From the human T2T-CHM13v2.0 reference genome, Homo sapiens: DNA of 64,000 nt. The position numbers and the translations under genes were made by a program. The notes under the pieces are model-generated. The model was not told the DNA's origin, did no database searches, and saw only the letters and a list, made by a program, of their open reading frames with translations. Positions 27,344 to 46,193 of this stretch are shown here, piece after piece. Location of the stretch: assembly GCF_009914755.1 (NCBI RefSeq), contig NC_060944.1; one strand, written 5' to 3'. Within the stretch, counting starts at the first letter, position 1, and each line of letters begins with the position of its first letter.

Positions 27344-28075
27344 TTAATATTTTCCAATCTCACTATCATATGAAATCCTCCTTTTCCTCCCAAAGTTCTC
27401 CCTCTTGGAGCTCACTTCTTTCTGTTCTAATTCTTACTAATGCTTTTAAAAATGACATCTTTTCTGTGATTCGCTCCAATTGATATACTTCTTATAGAAA
27501 CACATTATGGCTTTCTTCTTAACTTTATGTCATTTAGACAGCTATGGTGGCATTAACAAGCCACATTTGTAGCTAGTTTCTTGTTTTGGAACATACATTG
27601 TGTAGTCATTGAAATTATCCACAAAGGAAATGGTGCTCTTAGGAAAGTACTCCCATTATCCAAAATAGAACCATATTAAGGAATAATTTGGCCTTTTACT
27701 TTTGGCTTGACACATTGCAAATGTTCACGGAATAGTAGTATTTTTAGAACTTGAAGTGACCGTTAGAGTCCATCTAGGCCAACTCTCTTCAAAGATTGGT
27801 AGATTAAGGGACAAAGAAGCTAAGTGATTTGCCTAAGGGTCATACACCTGTTTGAAGACAGAACTGAGACTAATCTCCAGATACTCTCACTCCTAGTCAA
27901 CTATTTTTTTTCACTCGTGACACTACCTCATTATTCTAGTAGTCCAGCACTTGGCTGTGACAGATAAAAAGAGAAATTAGCCACATTAGCCAAACTGATT
28001 TAAATTAACTTTAAAATACCAGATAAAATGTGTTATTAGGTTTAAATGTCCCAGACCCTAGTCTCATGGAATTTA

Positions 28076-28416
<341 letters not shown>

Positions 28417-28502
28417 CTACATAAAAACAGCCTGGGCCAGGCATAGTGGCTCACGCCTGTAATCCCAACACTTTGGGAGGCTGAGGCGGGCGGATCACCT
28501 TA

Positions 28503-28769
<267 letters not shown>

Positions 28770-29630
28770 CTACTTACACAAATAGTTCACAGAAAGGAAA
28801 AAGCCTTATAGGGAGGCAGGATAATATAAAGATTAGGAGAATGGGTGTTTTGGTGTCAGACTAACCCAGTTTGAGTCCTATTTTTGCCACTAATTAGCTG
28901 TCTGATCTTGGGCAAGTTACTTAACCTCTTTGAGCCTCAGTTTTCTCAACTGTTAAACGTGGATAAAAATAGCTTTTATCTCATGGAGTTGTCAGTTTTG
29001 TAAGATTGAATAGGATAAAAAAAAACATGTCAAATTCCTGGCACATTGAATGCACTTAAATATTAGCCACCACAATTATTTATATTGGAACAGTGAGAAG
29101 ACCAAGCATGTTTAGAGTAAAAGGTTTATGCAGGGAACAATTTATTCATTCAATAAATGCTTACTAAGAACTTATTAAGTGCCAGGCACTATTCTAAACA
29201 AAGTTCTTGCCCTCATGGAGGTTATAGTCCAGCTTGAGGAGACAGACAATAAACATAGAAACCAGTAAGTATATGACAGGTAGTGATGAGTACTATAGAA
29301 AAATATAGAGCAGAGTCAGGGGAAAGGGAAGTGACAGTGCAGAGTGGGAGCTGATAAGGAAAGAACCTTTTGATAAATATGACATTTGAGCAGAGATCTG
29401 AAGGAAAGTATGGAGTGTGCCACGCAGATAGTTGGGGTAGGGAGGGGAAATGTTCCAGGTAGGTGGAGAACAAATGTGCTGCTGCCTGGTGTGTTTGAAG
29501 ACTAGCTAGGAAGTTAGTGTAGCTAAAATGTGTGAGCTAGGGAAGAGAGAGTAGTATTGACACCAGCAGGATATTAGATCATGTCACATCTTGAAAGCCA
29601 ATGTAGACTCTGGCCTTTTATTCATGGTAA

Positions 29631-29973
<343 letters not shown>

Positions 29974-32900
29974 TAGCCAGGATGGTCTCTATCTCTTGAC
30001 CTCGTGATCCACTCTCCTCGGCCTCCCAAAGTGCTGGGATTACAGGCGTGTGCCACTGCGCCTGGCCAATTTTTGTATTTTTAGTAGAGACAGGTTTTCA
30101 CCATGTTGGCCAGGCTGGTCTCAAACTCCTGACCTTGTGACCCGCCCGCCTCGGCCTCCCAAAGTGCTGGGATTACAGGTGTGAGCCACCATGCCCACCC
30201 ACACCACTAGACAATCTTAAGCACAGACGTGATAATGATTTGGCTTCTATTTAGGCTCTATCTTTTATATTAAGAAGAGACTGTAGAAGGGGAAAAGTAG
30301 AAGCAGGGTAACCAATTAGGAGGCTATTGTAGAAATCCAGGTGATAGATTGTGGTGATTTAGACCATAGTAGTAGTCATGAAGATGGTTAGATGTGGTCA
30401 AATTCTGGATCTATTTTGAATGAAGAACCTATGGAATTTGCTGACTTGGATTGGGTCTGGGGAGTGAAAGAGGAGTTACGGTTGTCATCAACAGCGGATG
30501 AGGTCCAGGTATGGGAGATCTTGACTATTTTTGGAGATCTGTGAAAGGATTGCATGCAGCGGAAGTCGCAGCAGAGGTTAAGAGGATTCATCTGGATACA
30601 TATGGAAATGGGAATGTGAAGCCAGAGAACTGAGAGTTTGTTATTCAGTCCTGAACTAGGATGCTGCTGGTGGGAATGGAATGGAACAATGACATTTTAG
30701 AGTGATTTGATAATTTTACAGTAATTTAATCTGTATAAAGGGCTTAGTGCTTGGCAGAAAGTGTATTAGCTATTTTTTTCATTATGGAAAGAAACCAGCA
30801 CAGGTAACTAGGTGTGTAGATGGTGGAGAGACAGGGAGAAAGTGAAAGGAAAGAGTCAAGGATTCTCCTAGTCTATATAAACACTGCCTCTTTTGAAGGC
30901 ACACGTTCATCTGCTCCAAGGGCTAAATTTTCCCTGCAAAATACAGACTTTGGTTCCAACTTTCTCATGCTGTCTTCCCCCTGGTGTGGCAGATAAATAT
31001 GTTAGTGGGGGTGCATGTGTATATGTATGGGAAAATGATCAGTGACAAGGTATTGGGATAGTCATTCAGGGAGAGAGAGTCAGTGAGGGTGTTAGAGGTA
31101 GCTGAAGGAGTGGAAGGGAGTTAGCTAGTTGAAGGAACACTGGAGGACTGTCGGGGATTTGGGGGATTAAGTAAAAGGTTTATAAGGAGAGGGTGGAAAG
31201 AGTGGTTGATGGCTGATATTCTGATCATTTATACTAGCTACTCAGTCTCTACTTTTTCTAGAAGTCCCCAGTAACCAAAGCCCAACACATTTGGTATCGT
31301 TGATTCCTTCCATTGTTTGCTTTGCTTTGGGTTGCCTAAGGCTGTGGTTATCTCTGAGCCACCTAAATTCTCACCCTCAGCTGAAATCACTACTGTCTCT
31401 TCATGGCTCTCAGTATATTTCAATCCTTCTTCAGGAACTGGAGCTTTTGAGAATAAGGCAACTTTAGGATTGACCCTAGGACAGAAGCTCTGCTCTCAGG
31501 ATCCTTGTATGCTCCTGAATATGAATTCCATAGTATGATATTTGGAGCTCCCCAGATCCTTGTAGGCATATGTGTGTGTGTGTATTTGAGGCCAAAAAAA
31601 AAAAAAAAAAGTCCCTACCTCCCCATGTCACTGAAGTGAACTCCAGAATATGGACCTAGATAATTTAGAGTCCCTGGACATGAATGATAGGACAATATAC
31701 TCTAGGGCTCTGATTTTCCATATCACCTTGACAAATCTCCTTGACAAAACATGGGCTTGCCTCACCTTCTCAACCATCCCCACCTTCTCAAATACACACA
31801 CTACATCTATATCTTTACTAGTTTCACAACAGCATATCTATTGATTAAGATATATTTGGTAAAGAAAAACACTCATTTTGAGAAAGATGACTTCAGACCA
31901 TTCTCTTCCTCTCTCTGGGCCTTCTCTTTGTGGGCATGATGGGAAATGAACTACAGATACTCTGCAAGGTCCCTTTCATCTCTAATCTTCCAGAATTCTA
32001 TGACTGTTTCTGAAGAGAGGAAGCAGTTTTTAGAAGTTCTGTTGCAACCTGTAGTGACTCTGTGGTGACTCAGTAGGCGGGTTGAATTTCTGTTGAGATG
32101 GTAAGAAAGAGGGAGGATTTTGTTTATTTATTTATTTATTTAATTTATTTTCTATAATGATGTTGACACCATAAAGCAAGAATTTTAGAAGGTTTGGAAT
32201 GAAGGGGCTGAGGAAGGAGTCTGTTCCTCTTGCCTGAGGGTTGTTTGTGGCTGGTAGCATAAATACTCAAAGCTAATGGGAGATACATGGGAAATACCTG
32301 TTGTTGGGAACAGTCTTTCTCCACTTGAATGAGGTGAGCAGATTGTGGAGGTGAGCTGGAGGATTTCATGTTTAAGGTGGATTTCTAACCTGCTTCTCTC
32401 ATTTCTCCCTGAGTTTTATGACCCTTGACACTTTACAGAACACCTCCCTAAAGTGGTGAAAATGAGACAAGTAGGCTGTACTTTCCGAGTCACTTTTTTT
32501 GGAAGTAGGTGGCATATGAATAATAAATGTATTGCTCTGAAGACTCTGTCTTGAGGCCTGTTTCAGTGTCCTGAGCTTCATATCAGCTACCTGAGTTTGT
32601 GTCTGGGCCAACTTCTTATACTGGCATGTTCAGTAAACATTTAATGAAAAGAATGGCTTTAGTTAATGCCCTTTTCTAAGCCTTCTTTTTCCCACTTATA
32701 AACTGTTAGGGATGTACAAGACTCTTTTTTAAGTTACTTCTGGCACTGACCTTCAGAATTTCTGTCACAAATGCAGGGAACTGCCTGGATAAATTCTCTA
32801 CATTTCTGGGAGAAGTTAGGGGAGAGGAGGAACTGGCCTCCTCTCCTTTGAAGATACTAGGTGGTCAGATGGGAGCAGGGGTTCTTGCCTTATGGCAGCC

Positions 32901-34939
32901 CCACATTTATAACAATTAACTCAGAAGGCGTGGAGTTGAGGATGGGCCTTCCCCCACTTCCTGGATTTGGTTTGGGAGAGGTTGGGCACTGGTAATGATC
33001 CCCGGTGTCTCACATCTTGAACCTCTGAGAATTCAAGACTCTCAGTTTCAGTCCTTAGAGGTCATTTGGTCCAATTCCCACACAAATCAGGAATTGTAGT
33101 ACCAATATCCCAATCCCTAACAATCCCCATAAGTTATCATTCTGATTCTGGGTCATTCTCATTCAATTCCTACATCTCTACCTTAATACTTACTAGTTGG
33201 GCAAGTTACCTCACCTCTTTAAACCTCAATTTTCATGTCTGTAAAATGGAAATAATAAGTCCTGTGACATAGATTGTTGTAAGGAAGAATTGGAATAATC
33301 TATATAAAGGGCTTAGTGCTTGGCAAAAAGTGTATTAGCTATTTTTATTATTATGCCAAAACCCTATACCTAAAACAGGTAACAGCGGTGCTGATCTGGT
33401 TGGAGCATGGATGGGAGGCCTAGAGCCACATTCTGTAGGCTTCTCCACCCTGTTACTGTGTTCCCTGTGAGGTGTGTGTCTGGAATCCCTAGGGATTTGC
33501 AAAGCTCAGTTTGAAAACCCCTGATCTAGTCCAGTGTTCTTGTTTTATAAATGAAGTGATACTGAGTCCACAGTCTCAGGTTCCTCATATGATGTGGCTT
33601 CCTAAACAACCATGTCGGTCTCCCCTGGATATACTTTAGTTGGCCAATATCTCTCATTAAGTATTCCAGCTATGGTCTGACTTGAACAGGGTACTATTAC
33701 CATTCTTTCACTTTACATATCTAAGATTATATTAGCCTCATTGACAGCCACACTCTCCAGTCAGTTTATAATCTCTCATAATACTTAAGATTTTCCTTTT
33801 CTTTCTCTCTTTCTCTCTCCTTTTCCTTTTTCCTCTTTCTCCTTTCATTTCCTTCCCTTTCCTTCCCTTGTTTGTCTCACTCTGTTGCTCAGGCTGGAGT
33901 GCAGTGGTGCAGTTGTGGCCCACTGTAGCCTCAAACTCCAAGGTCCAAGTGATCCTCCCACCTCAGCCTCCTGAGTAGCTAGGAGCACAGTCATGCACCA
34001 ACACAATCAGCGAATTTTATTTTTATTTTTATTTTGAGACAGAATTTTGCTCTTGTTGCCCAGGCTGGAGTGCAATGGTGTGATCTTGGCTCGCTGTAAC
34101 CTCTGCCTCCTGGGTTCAAGCAATTCTCCTGCTTCAGCCTCCTGAGTAGCTGGGATTACAGGCACACACCACCATGCCCAGCTAATTTTTTTTTTTTTTT
34201 TTTTGTATTTTTAGTGGAGACGTGGTTTTGCCATGTTGGCCAGGCTGGTCTCAACTTCCTGACCTCAGGTGAGCTTCCTGCCTCAGCCTCCCAAAGTGCT
34301 GGGATCACAGACGTGAGCCGTTGTGCCTGGCCAGCTTGGAATTTTGAATTAGAGAAGGTACAAGAGAAGACTGCAAAATCTCAGATATAGGAGGGCCTTG
34401 GACTACCTATTATCTCTTTTTGGGATATAAAGTTTTTAGAACAGCCCTCTTCTAGGGTTCTAAGGTCTGGTCTACTTATGGTTTTACTATCATGGTTTAT
34501 TATCATGGTTACCTTATGGTTTTACCATCTTGGAGCATCATTATTTTATTTAAATAAAATAAATACAACCCTGAAACTATTCACCCTGGAATACTTTACA
34601 CACAGAGTTGCCCGTACAGAAAACATCTCTAGAGCATATGAACACCTGCATTTCTAAGTGTGATTTTTTTGACCAGAGACTAATTTTTGAAACCAACGTT
34701 TGCTTCTTTTTGACCATGATATTTTAATACATGAAAATCTATCCAAAGGAGCAGTCACAGAGGGTTCTTGTTGAACTTTAGTTTCTGAGCTGCTTTTGAG
34801 GATGGTTACTTGAGGTGTCCTCCAAACTGCCACATATAGTGAGTTAGAGAATCTGCCAGGCACAGTGGCTCATGCCTGTAATCCCAGAACTTTGGGAGAC
34901 TGAGGAGGGAGGATCACTGAACTCAGGAGTTTGAGATCA

Positions 34940-35300
<361 letters not shown>

Positions 35301-37367
35301 TCAAAAAAGAAGTTAGGGAGTCCTAATACAACATCTGGATTTGTTAAAAATCTGTCTAGTTGTTTTCATATGATGGGAAACAAACTGACAGAAATCTAAT
35401 TTTATTTATATGGATAGCCATGCTGTACTTGCTAAGACCACAAGAATAGGCTCAGAGAGAGGGGAAAGTTTGTGTAAATTATACATTGAATTAGGGGTAA
35501 ACAATCTAGTCTGATGACTCCATATTCAGAGCCAGGGTTTCCCAATTTTAGTTTATGTAAATAATTACCTGAGGATGTCGTTAGAAATCCAGATTTCTGG
35601 ACCCTATCCCAGACTATTGAGTTAGAATCTCCAGAGGATAAGACCTCTGACTTGTATTTTTGTAACCTCCTCAGACAATTCTGATGTTGGGGGGAGGGAC
35701 AAAGTACCATTGAAAAATTATTTAGATTAATAACCTTAAACTCTTAAAATTATATACCTAAAAGAATTTTGAAAAATTATGTAACTCTTGACATAATGTT
35801 CATATCTAAAAATTTTATCATAAGATTTAAAAATTGCAAAAAATCGAATTTCCAAAACATTTTACATATTATATACACACATATATATATATGCACATAT
35901 AGGTTATACCTCTTTCAAAACATTGGCACTGCAAATTTAGCTCATATAATTTATAGAAGACATCTACCATACAACCTGTTTTGCATAGCCAGTTATCACC
36001 CAACATAATCAGCCAAATCAGATCTACTGTGTTAGAAATTGCCTAACTTCTTTCTTAAGATAAATATGTTAATATATGACTCTGTGATAACTGTTTCACT
36101 TCTGAGTTGTAATTCTAAGAGATATAAGGCAAGTAGTCTTGCCATGAGTTTGTTACGTGGATGAATTAAGATGCCAATTCTTTCAATACTGATTTCTCAG
36201 AGAAGCTCTCATTGATTTGCTTTCTTGGGGCTCTCCCTCAGAAGTTATACATTCTCAAATTGTCCCTTTGTTTAACACTTTGTTCATACCCTGTCATTGT
36301 ACCATAATAAAGTTTGAGATAAGAGAGAGCTATGACATTCTTGTTTAACGTGGGAGAAGGGTAATTGTAAAAGAGAGTGAGAAAGAAGAACCAACTCAGA
36401 CAGATCATTGTTAGGAAATATTACATATGGAAGTTGAGGATCTAGACATTTATTCTCTTCATATTTTTCTGTGCAGGTACTCACAGGAATAGAGTACCGT
36501 AGATTGAGGACTAATGATTTAAACTGCCTTTGACCTAGATAATAGAGAACCATTGTAATGAATATTTTTGCATGTGTCTATTATACTTGAGAGACTTGAT
36601 GTACACATAAAATGATGCCCCTGGATTTTCTTTCCACTTTCTGTTTCTGCTCTAGGCATATTCCTCTTTTGGGCTGCATTCCAAATGCTCTGCCCTCATT
36701 CACTTGTTATAGGTAAGGCCAGCATGGGACACAGGATGGTAGGAACAAGTGTGTGATTCCCCTCCTGTAAGTAGGCATGTAGGCAGTGAGAAAAGAGAAG
36801 AGGTACACAATCCATCGGGCACCAAAGCCACTTTGGCCAAGGGGAACATGCAAAAGGTATTTGGATCAAGGCCTGAAAATAGCTGGCAAGAGGACAGGGT
36901 ACAATAATAGCCCAGACTGCAGGGCAGGAGTCCCATACTCTGAACCTCAGCTCCAGGGTTCTCTTCCAGCCTCTTCACAGAGTCCCAGACTGAGCCCACT
37001 GTAGGATCTCAAGAAACACTTCTTGACATGATTCCAAAATCCATTCCACAAATTCCACTCTTGTCTTTCCTCTGCCTGTCCAGCATCTATCTTGTTTATC
37101 TGTATCCTATCTTATCCCCTCTCCTTCCATACTTTCTCTCTTTGATCATCTTGGATCCAGCTGGTCATATAAGCAGAGATAAGTTTGTTCATTTATTTAT
37201 TCATTCTTTTATCTATTCATTTTACAATTATGTATTAAGTGCTCACTGTGTATTGGCCTTTGTGGTAAGCACTAAGGAGAAAACATATAAAAAGATATCC
37301 TGTCTGCCATTAAGGAACTCATAATCCAGTGAGGGAAACAGATGTCTACATAGGACTCTAGTGCTAG

Positions 37368-37888
<521 letters not shown>

Positions 37889-38089
37889 TTAAAGTATACA
37901 ATTCATATTTTTAATATATTTGCAAAGGTGTACAACTTTCAATTTTAGAAAATTTTCATCACCCCCAAAAGAAGTGCAATACTCATTAGCAGTCATTTTT
38001 CATTTTCCCCCAACTTCTTCTCCTCCAGCTCTAGGCAACCACTAATCTACTTTCTGTCTCTAAGGCTCTGCCTTATTCTGGATGTTTCA

Positions 38090-38470
<381 letters not shown>

Positions 38471-38565
38471 TTAAAAAAAAAAAAGTTCATCCATGTTATA
38501 CCATATATCAGTACTTCATCCTTTTACATTGCTGAATAATGTTGCATTGTATAACTGTATCACAT

Positions 38566-40306
<1,741 letters not shown>

Positions 40307-41621
40307 TAATTTTTGTATTTTTAGTAGAGACGGGGTTTCACCATGTTGGCCAGGCTGGTCTTGAACACCTGACCTTGTGATCCACCCGCCCCAGCCTCCC
40401 AAAGTGCTGGGATTACAGGCATGAGTCACCACACCTGGCCCCACATTTTTCTTTATTCATTCCTCAATTGGTGGACATTTGGGTTGTTTACACTTTCTGA
40501 TGTCATGAATAACGCTACTACAAACCTTTGGGTACATGTTTTTGTGTAGATGTATGTTTTCAATTCTCTTGGGTATATAGCTAGGAGTTTAATTGCTGAG
40601 TCATATGGTAAGTCTATATTTAACCTATTGAGGAACTGCCAGACTGTTTTCCAAAGTAGCTGAACCATTTTATATTCCCGGCAATGTATGAGGTTTCCAA
40701 TTTCTGCACATGCTTGTCAGCACTTGTTACTGTCTGTTTGTTTGATTATGGCCATCTTAGTGAGTGTGAAGTGGGATCTGATTGTTATTTTGATTTGTAT
40801 CTCCTTGACCATGCCTGACCTTTTTTTTTTTTTTTTTTTTTTGAGACTGAGTCTCGCTCTGTCGCCCAGGCTGGAGTGCAGTGGCACAATTTTGGCTGAT
40901 TACGACCTCTGCCTCCCAGGTTCAAGAGATTCTCATGTGCAGCCTCCCAAGTAGCTGCGACTACAGGTGCGTGCCACCATGCCCGGCTAAATTTTTTTTT
41001 TTTTTTTTAGTAGAGATGGGGTTTGGCCATGTTGGCCAGGCTGGTGTCGAACTTCTGACCTCAGGTGATCCTCCCACCTTGGCCTCCCAAAATGTTGGGA
41101 TTACAGGCATGTGCTACTGCACCTGGCCCATTAACTGCCTTTTGAAGACTGGCCGGTACAGTCCTGGCTCCCTCAATAGGTGAGGAATCAATGTTTAGGG
41201 AGAAATTTCATAAATAGTCCACTGATTGAGGCTATTTACTCTAGTTTCATCAGTTTTGAGTTGGTGAAAAGCCCGTCCAAATTTGGGTGATAGGATGACA
41301 GTTGATTCCAGTTTTTGAATCAGGAGCTGAGTGAGGCTGCATTAGGGTCTACAAGTTAGATATCATTTGAAACCAGAAATCTGTGGTGTTTTCAAAAGGA
41401 ACTTTTTCTAAGGAACTAAGGGAAAACCAAACAGAATGATGAATTTCTGTTAAGTACACTAAAATTCCATCCTTGGTAGTTGTCAACCTCACAGTTCTCA
41501 GAGTTCCTACATTTTTATTTTTTTCCTTATGCTAATTCTGAATTTGGAAACAATACCCCCCTTTTGGAGGCCATGTCATTTAGGAGGAGAAGGCCCTGAA
41601 CTAGACATTTAGACTCAAGAA

Positions 41622-41776
41622 CTGTGCTATCCAACATGGAAGCCACTAGCTACATGTAACTATTGATATTTATAGTAATTAAAATTAAGTAAAATAAATA
41701 ATCCAGTTCTTCCGCCACATTTCTAGTGTTTGATAGCTATATGTGGCTAGTGACTACCATTTTGGACAACAGTGCT
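41622..41776. mobile_element. MER3/MER33-type hAT relic
   Basis: gtgctatccaac..gccactagctacatgt...atatgtggctagtgactaccattttggaca..agtgct palindromic structure. Confidence 0.65.
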
Positions 41777-43389
41777 TTAGAATAGTGTTGCTACTAATTT
41801 GTAAGTAACCTTGAGGTCATCACTTTCTATTTCTGTGCCATAGGTTTCTCAATGGTAAATAAGAGTGGTGAGTCTCAAAAGTACCATCCTCTTCTGGAAT
41901 TCTTTCTTTTTCTCTTTTCTTTTCTTTCTTTTTTTGACAGGATCTTGCTTTGTTGTCCAGTCTAGTCTCTAACTCCTAGCTTCAAGTGATCCTCCCACCT
42001 CGGCCCCTAAAGTGTTGGGATTACAGGCATGAGCCACCATATCTGGCCCTCCTCTGGCATTCTGAGTAATCTGTGGTTCAGTTTTTGGGGTGTGCCTCCA
42101 TCTACCTCCTCCTTCAGCCCTTCTTGATACTTACTGCAGCTAGGGCAGAAGCACCCAGAGGGAACATTAGGCTGCTAATTAGTCAAGGTACATTGCTCCC
42201 ATTCCCTGGTGAAAGGGAAATTGACTTGTGGGTATACTTATATCTTGAGTGCTCCACAATTGTGCAGTGCTTTATGGATCACAGAACTCTTTCACATTGT
42301 TTTTTCATTTTATAGAATCAAAGAATCTCAAAGTTGGAAGGGCTGTAAAGGTCATCTCAAACTTCAATAACCATGAATTATATGGGGAGCTTATGCAATG
42401 AAAATTTCAAGGCCCCACTCCCTGGAGAATAATCTAGTAGAAGTAGGTGTCAGGGTTACCCTGGCCCAACCTGAACAATCCTGTGCTGCATGGGAACTTG
42501 GTACTGCATTATTAACACTATCTGACCACTCTTTGAGAAACACTGGTCTTGCTTGGTCCCCAGCCATATTGTGGAGGCTGCTCTTTGGTATCGCTACAAA
42601 TCCCAGATTCAACATGATATCTCCAGGGTCAGGAAACTCCTGAAGGAGTGCCTTCCATCTTTGGACATCTCTAACAGAAAGGTTTTTTTTTTAATATGGA
42701 GCTCTCCCAATTGATGTAGATTTTCCATTTATAGTTATACTACATTAGTCTACTTTTCCCCATAATGATCCTTTAGATTCATGCATTCATTCAGCAAAAA
42801 TTTACTGAACACCTATTATATACAAGGTTCTGTACGAGACAATGAGGGATTCAGCAGTGAACAAGACCAACTTGGCCTCTGCCTTCAGAAACTGTCTTCT
42901 GTCTAGTAGGGAAGATAGGAAATTAGCAAAAATAATAATAAGTAAACAAGTAATATTAATTCTATTAATAATATTAACAATAACAATAAGTAAACAAATA
43001 ACAAAAGAAGTATAGTTTGAGAAAAATGCTGTGAAGAAAATAAGCAGTGTTATGATGAATAACAAGAAGAGCTGATCTACTTAGGGTGGTCAGGGAAAGC
43101 TTCACTAGGAAGTGACATTTAAGCTGAGATTTGAAACACAAGAAGAGTTGGGGAAAGATAGTTAAAGAATATGGCATGTTCTATCAGTCAGAAGGCCAGC
43201 ATGTTTGGAGCCTAGTAGGCAGAATAGGAGAATGGCACAAGATGAAGTTGGGGAGGATACAAGGCATAGCAGGAGTGCGGATTTTCTTCTATATGCAGTG
43301 GAAGCTGTTAAAGGGTTTTAAGCAGGAGGTGATATGATCTGATTTGTGGTTTGTTTTATTGTTGTTTAATTAATTAATTAATTAATTAA

Positions 43390-43503
<114 letters not shown>

Positions 43504-43522
43504 TGAGTAGCTGAAACTATAG

Positions 43523-43991
<469 letters not shown>

Positions 43992-45890
43992 TCAAAAAAA
44001 AAAAAAAAAAAGATCACAGATCATGCTGGGTGATGTGTGGACTGGAAGGGAACAAGAGTGAAGTGGGAAACCAGTTAGGTGGGCATTGTGGTCATCCAGG
44101 CAAGAGATGAAGGTAGCTTGACCGGGGTGGAGACAATGAAGATACAGATTTTTGAGACTTGCTATCACATCTCTCAATATCTTCTCTTCCACAAAATAAA
44201 CAGTTCAGTGTTCCTCTCATCTCCTCTCATAACAGGTTTGGTGTCTCTTCTCACCTGGGTGTTTCTCCTCCTGTTTCTCCTCCATCTGATTCCTCTGTAA
44301 AGAACTCAGTCTTTCCCTCAGCTGTTTCTTCCTATCCTGTGCCTTGCTTGTAGTTCTAGGGAATTAAAATCTTCAATTCAATGACTATCGTTCTCATATA
44401 AAGAGGGGAGCTGGGTGCAGTGGTGCATGCCTGTAGTCCCAACTACTCTGGAGGCTGAGGTGGGAGAATCATTTGAGCCCGAGAGTTTAAGACCAGCCTG
44501 GGCAACATAGTGAGACATTGTCTCAAAAAAAAAAAAAAAAAAAAAAGTTGGGGGGTAGCACCAGTCTTCCCTGTCATTAGTCAATTACCAGTCTTTCAAT
44601 TATTCAACCATGACCCTCGAATACCTATTGTGCCAATTGTGCTTGGAGGAGACAGAGAAGAAGACATGATCTCTGCCCTCCAAGAGCTCAGGGTATAATG
44701 GGAAAGATAAGGCCCAAATAAATATAATAAAAGCTAGAAAAACAGATCACAAAGAAAGTGAGATAAAGGGCTTTGGGAGGAAGAAAGAACTTTTAGCTTT
44801 TGGGTAGGTGAGAAAAAGAGAAACTAACAAAAATTTCATGGAAAATGTTAATTCAGAGAACCTGGGGCTGGAGAGGAGCGCAGGGAGTATTTTTTTTTTT
44901 TTAATGTGGTGATCAAAGATAACCTTACTGAGAAGCCAACATTTGAGCAACGACTCAAAGATAGGGAATAAGTCATGTGGCTATCTAGGGAAAGAACATT
45001 CCAAGTAGAGGGCAAAGGCTCTGAGGTTAAATGTTCTTGGTGCTTTTGCCAAACACTGGGGAGGCCGTTTGGCTGGAGCAGAGGGAAAGGGAGAGGAAGA
45101 GAGAATAGTTGTATGTGAGGACAGAGAGGAAATGAGGGACTAGATCATGTAGGCCATTGTGAGGACTTTGACTTTTACTCAAAATGAAATGGGAAGTGAT
45201 CTGAGCATTCTGAGCAGAAGGGTGACATAATCTGAACTACCTAATGGTAGTTTTGGACTAGGATGGTAGAAATAGATGTGAAGAGAGGTAGTCTAATTCT
45301 AAATGGATTTTGAATCAATAATGGGTTAAAGTAAATTTCGAGAGTGTGAGAATGAAGTAGTTGGAGAAGACTCCTTGGAGGAGGTTCCCTAGGGGAAGAA
45401 GATGAGAAGGACTAGTGACTGTGTACCATGGGTTGTCACACCAACCATATGGCCTCCAGGTGAAGGAAAAGTAGTTTGGTTTATACCAAGGGTTCCCCAT
45501 GTTATCCCACCAGCTAAATTTCTCATTAATAGTTTTGTTTGATTCACAGTGTTTAAACCTTTTTTTTTTTTTTTTTTTTTGGTAGGCAGGGGCGAGACAG
45601 GGTCTCTGTTGCTAGGCTAGAGTATAGTAGCATCAACGTGGCTCACTGCAGCCTTGACCTCCCGGGCTTATGTGATCCTCCTATTTTAGCCTCTCGAGTA
45701 GCTGGGACCATAGGCATTAGCTACCATGCTTGGCTAATTATAAAATTTTTTGTAGAGACAAGTTCTCACCATGTTGCCCAGGCCAGTCTTGAACTCCTGT
45801 CCTCAAACAGTCCTCCTGCTTTGCCCTCCCAGAGTGCTGGTATTATGGCATGAACCACTGCAACTGGCCTTAAAGCTTTAAAAAAATTAG

Positions 45891-46193
<303 letters not shown>

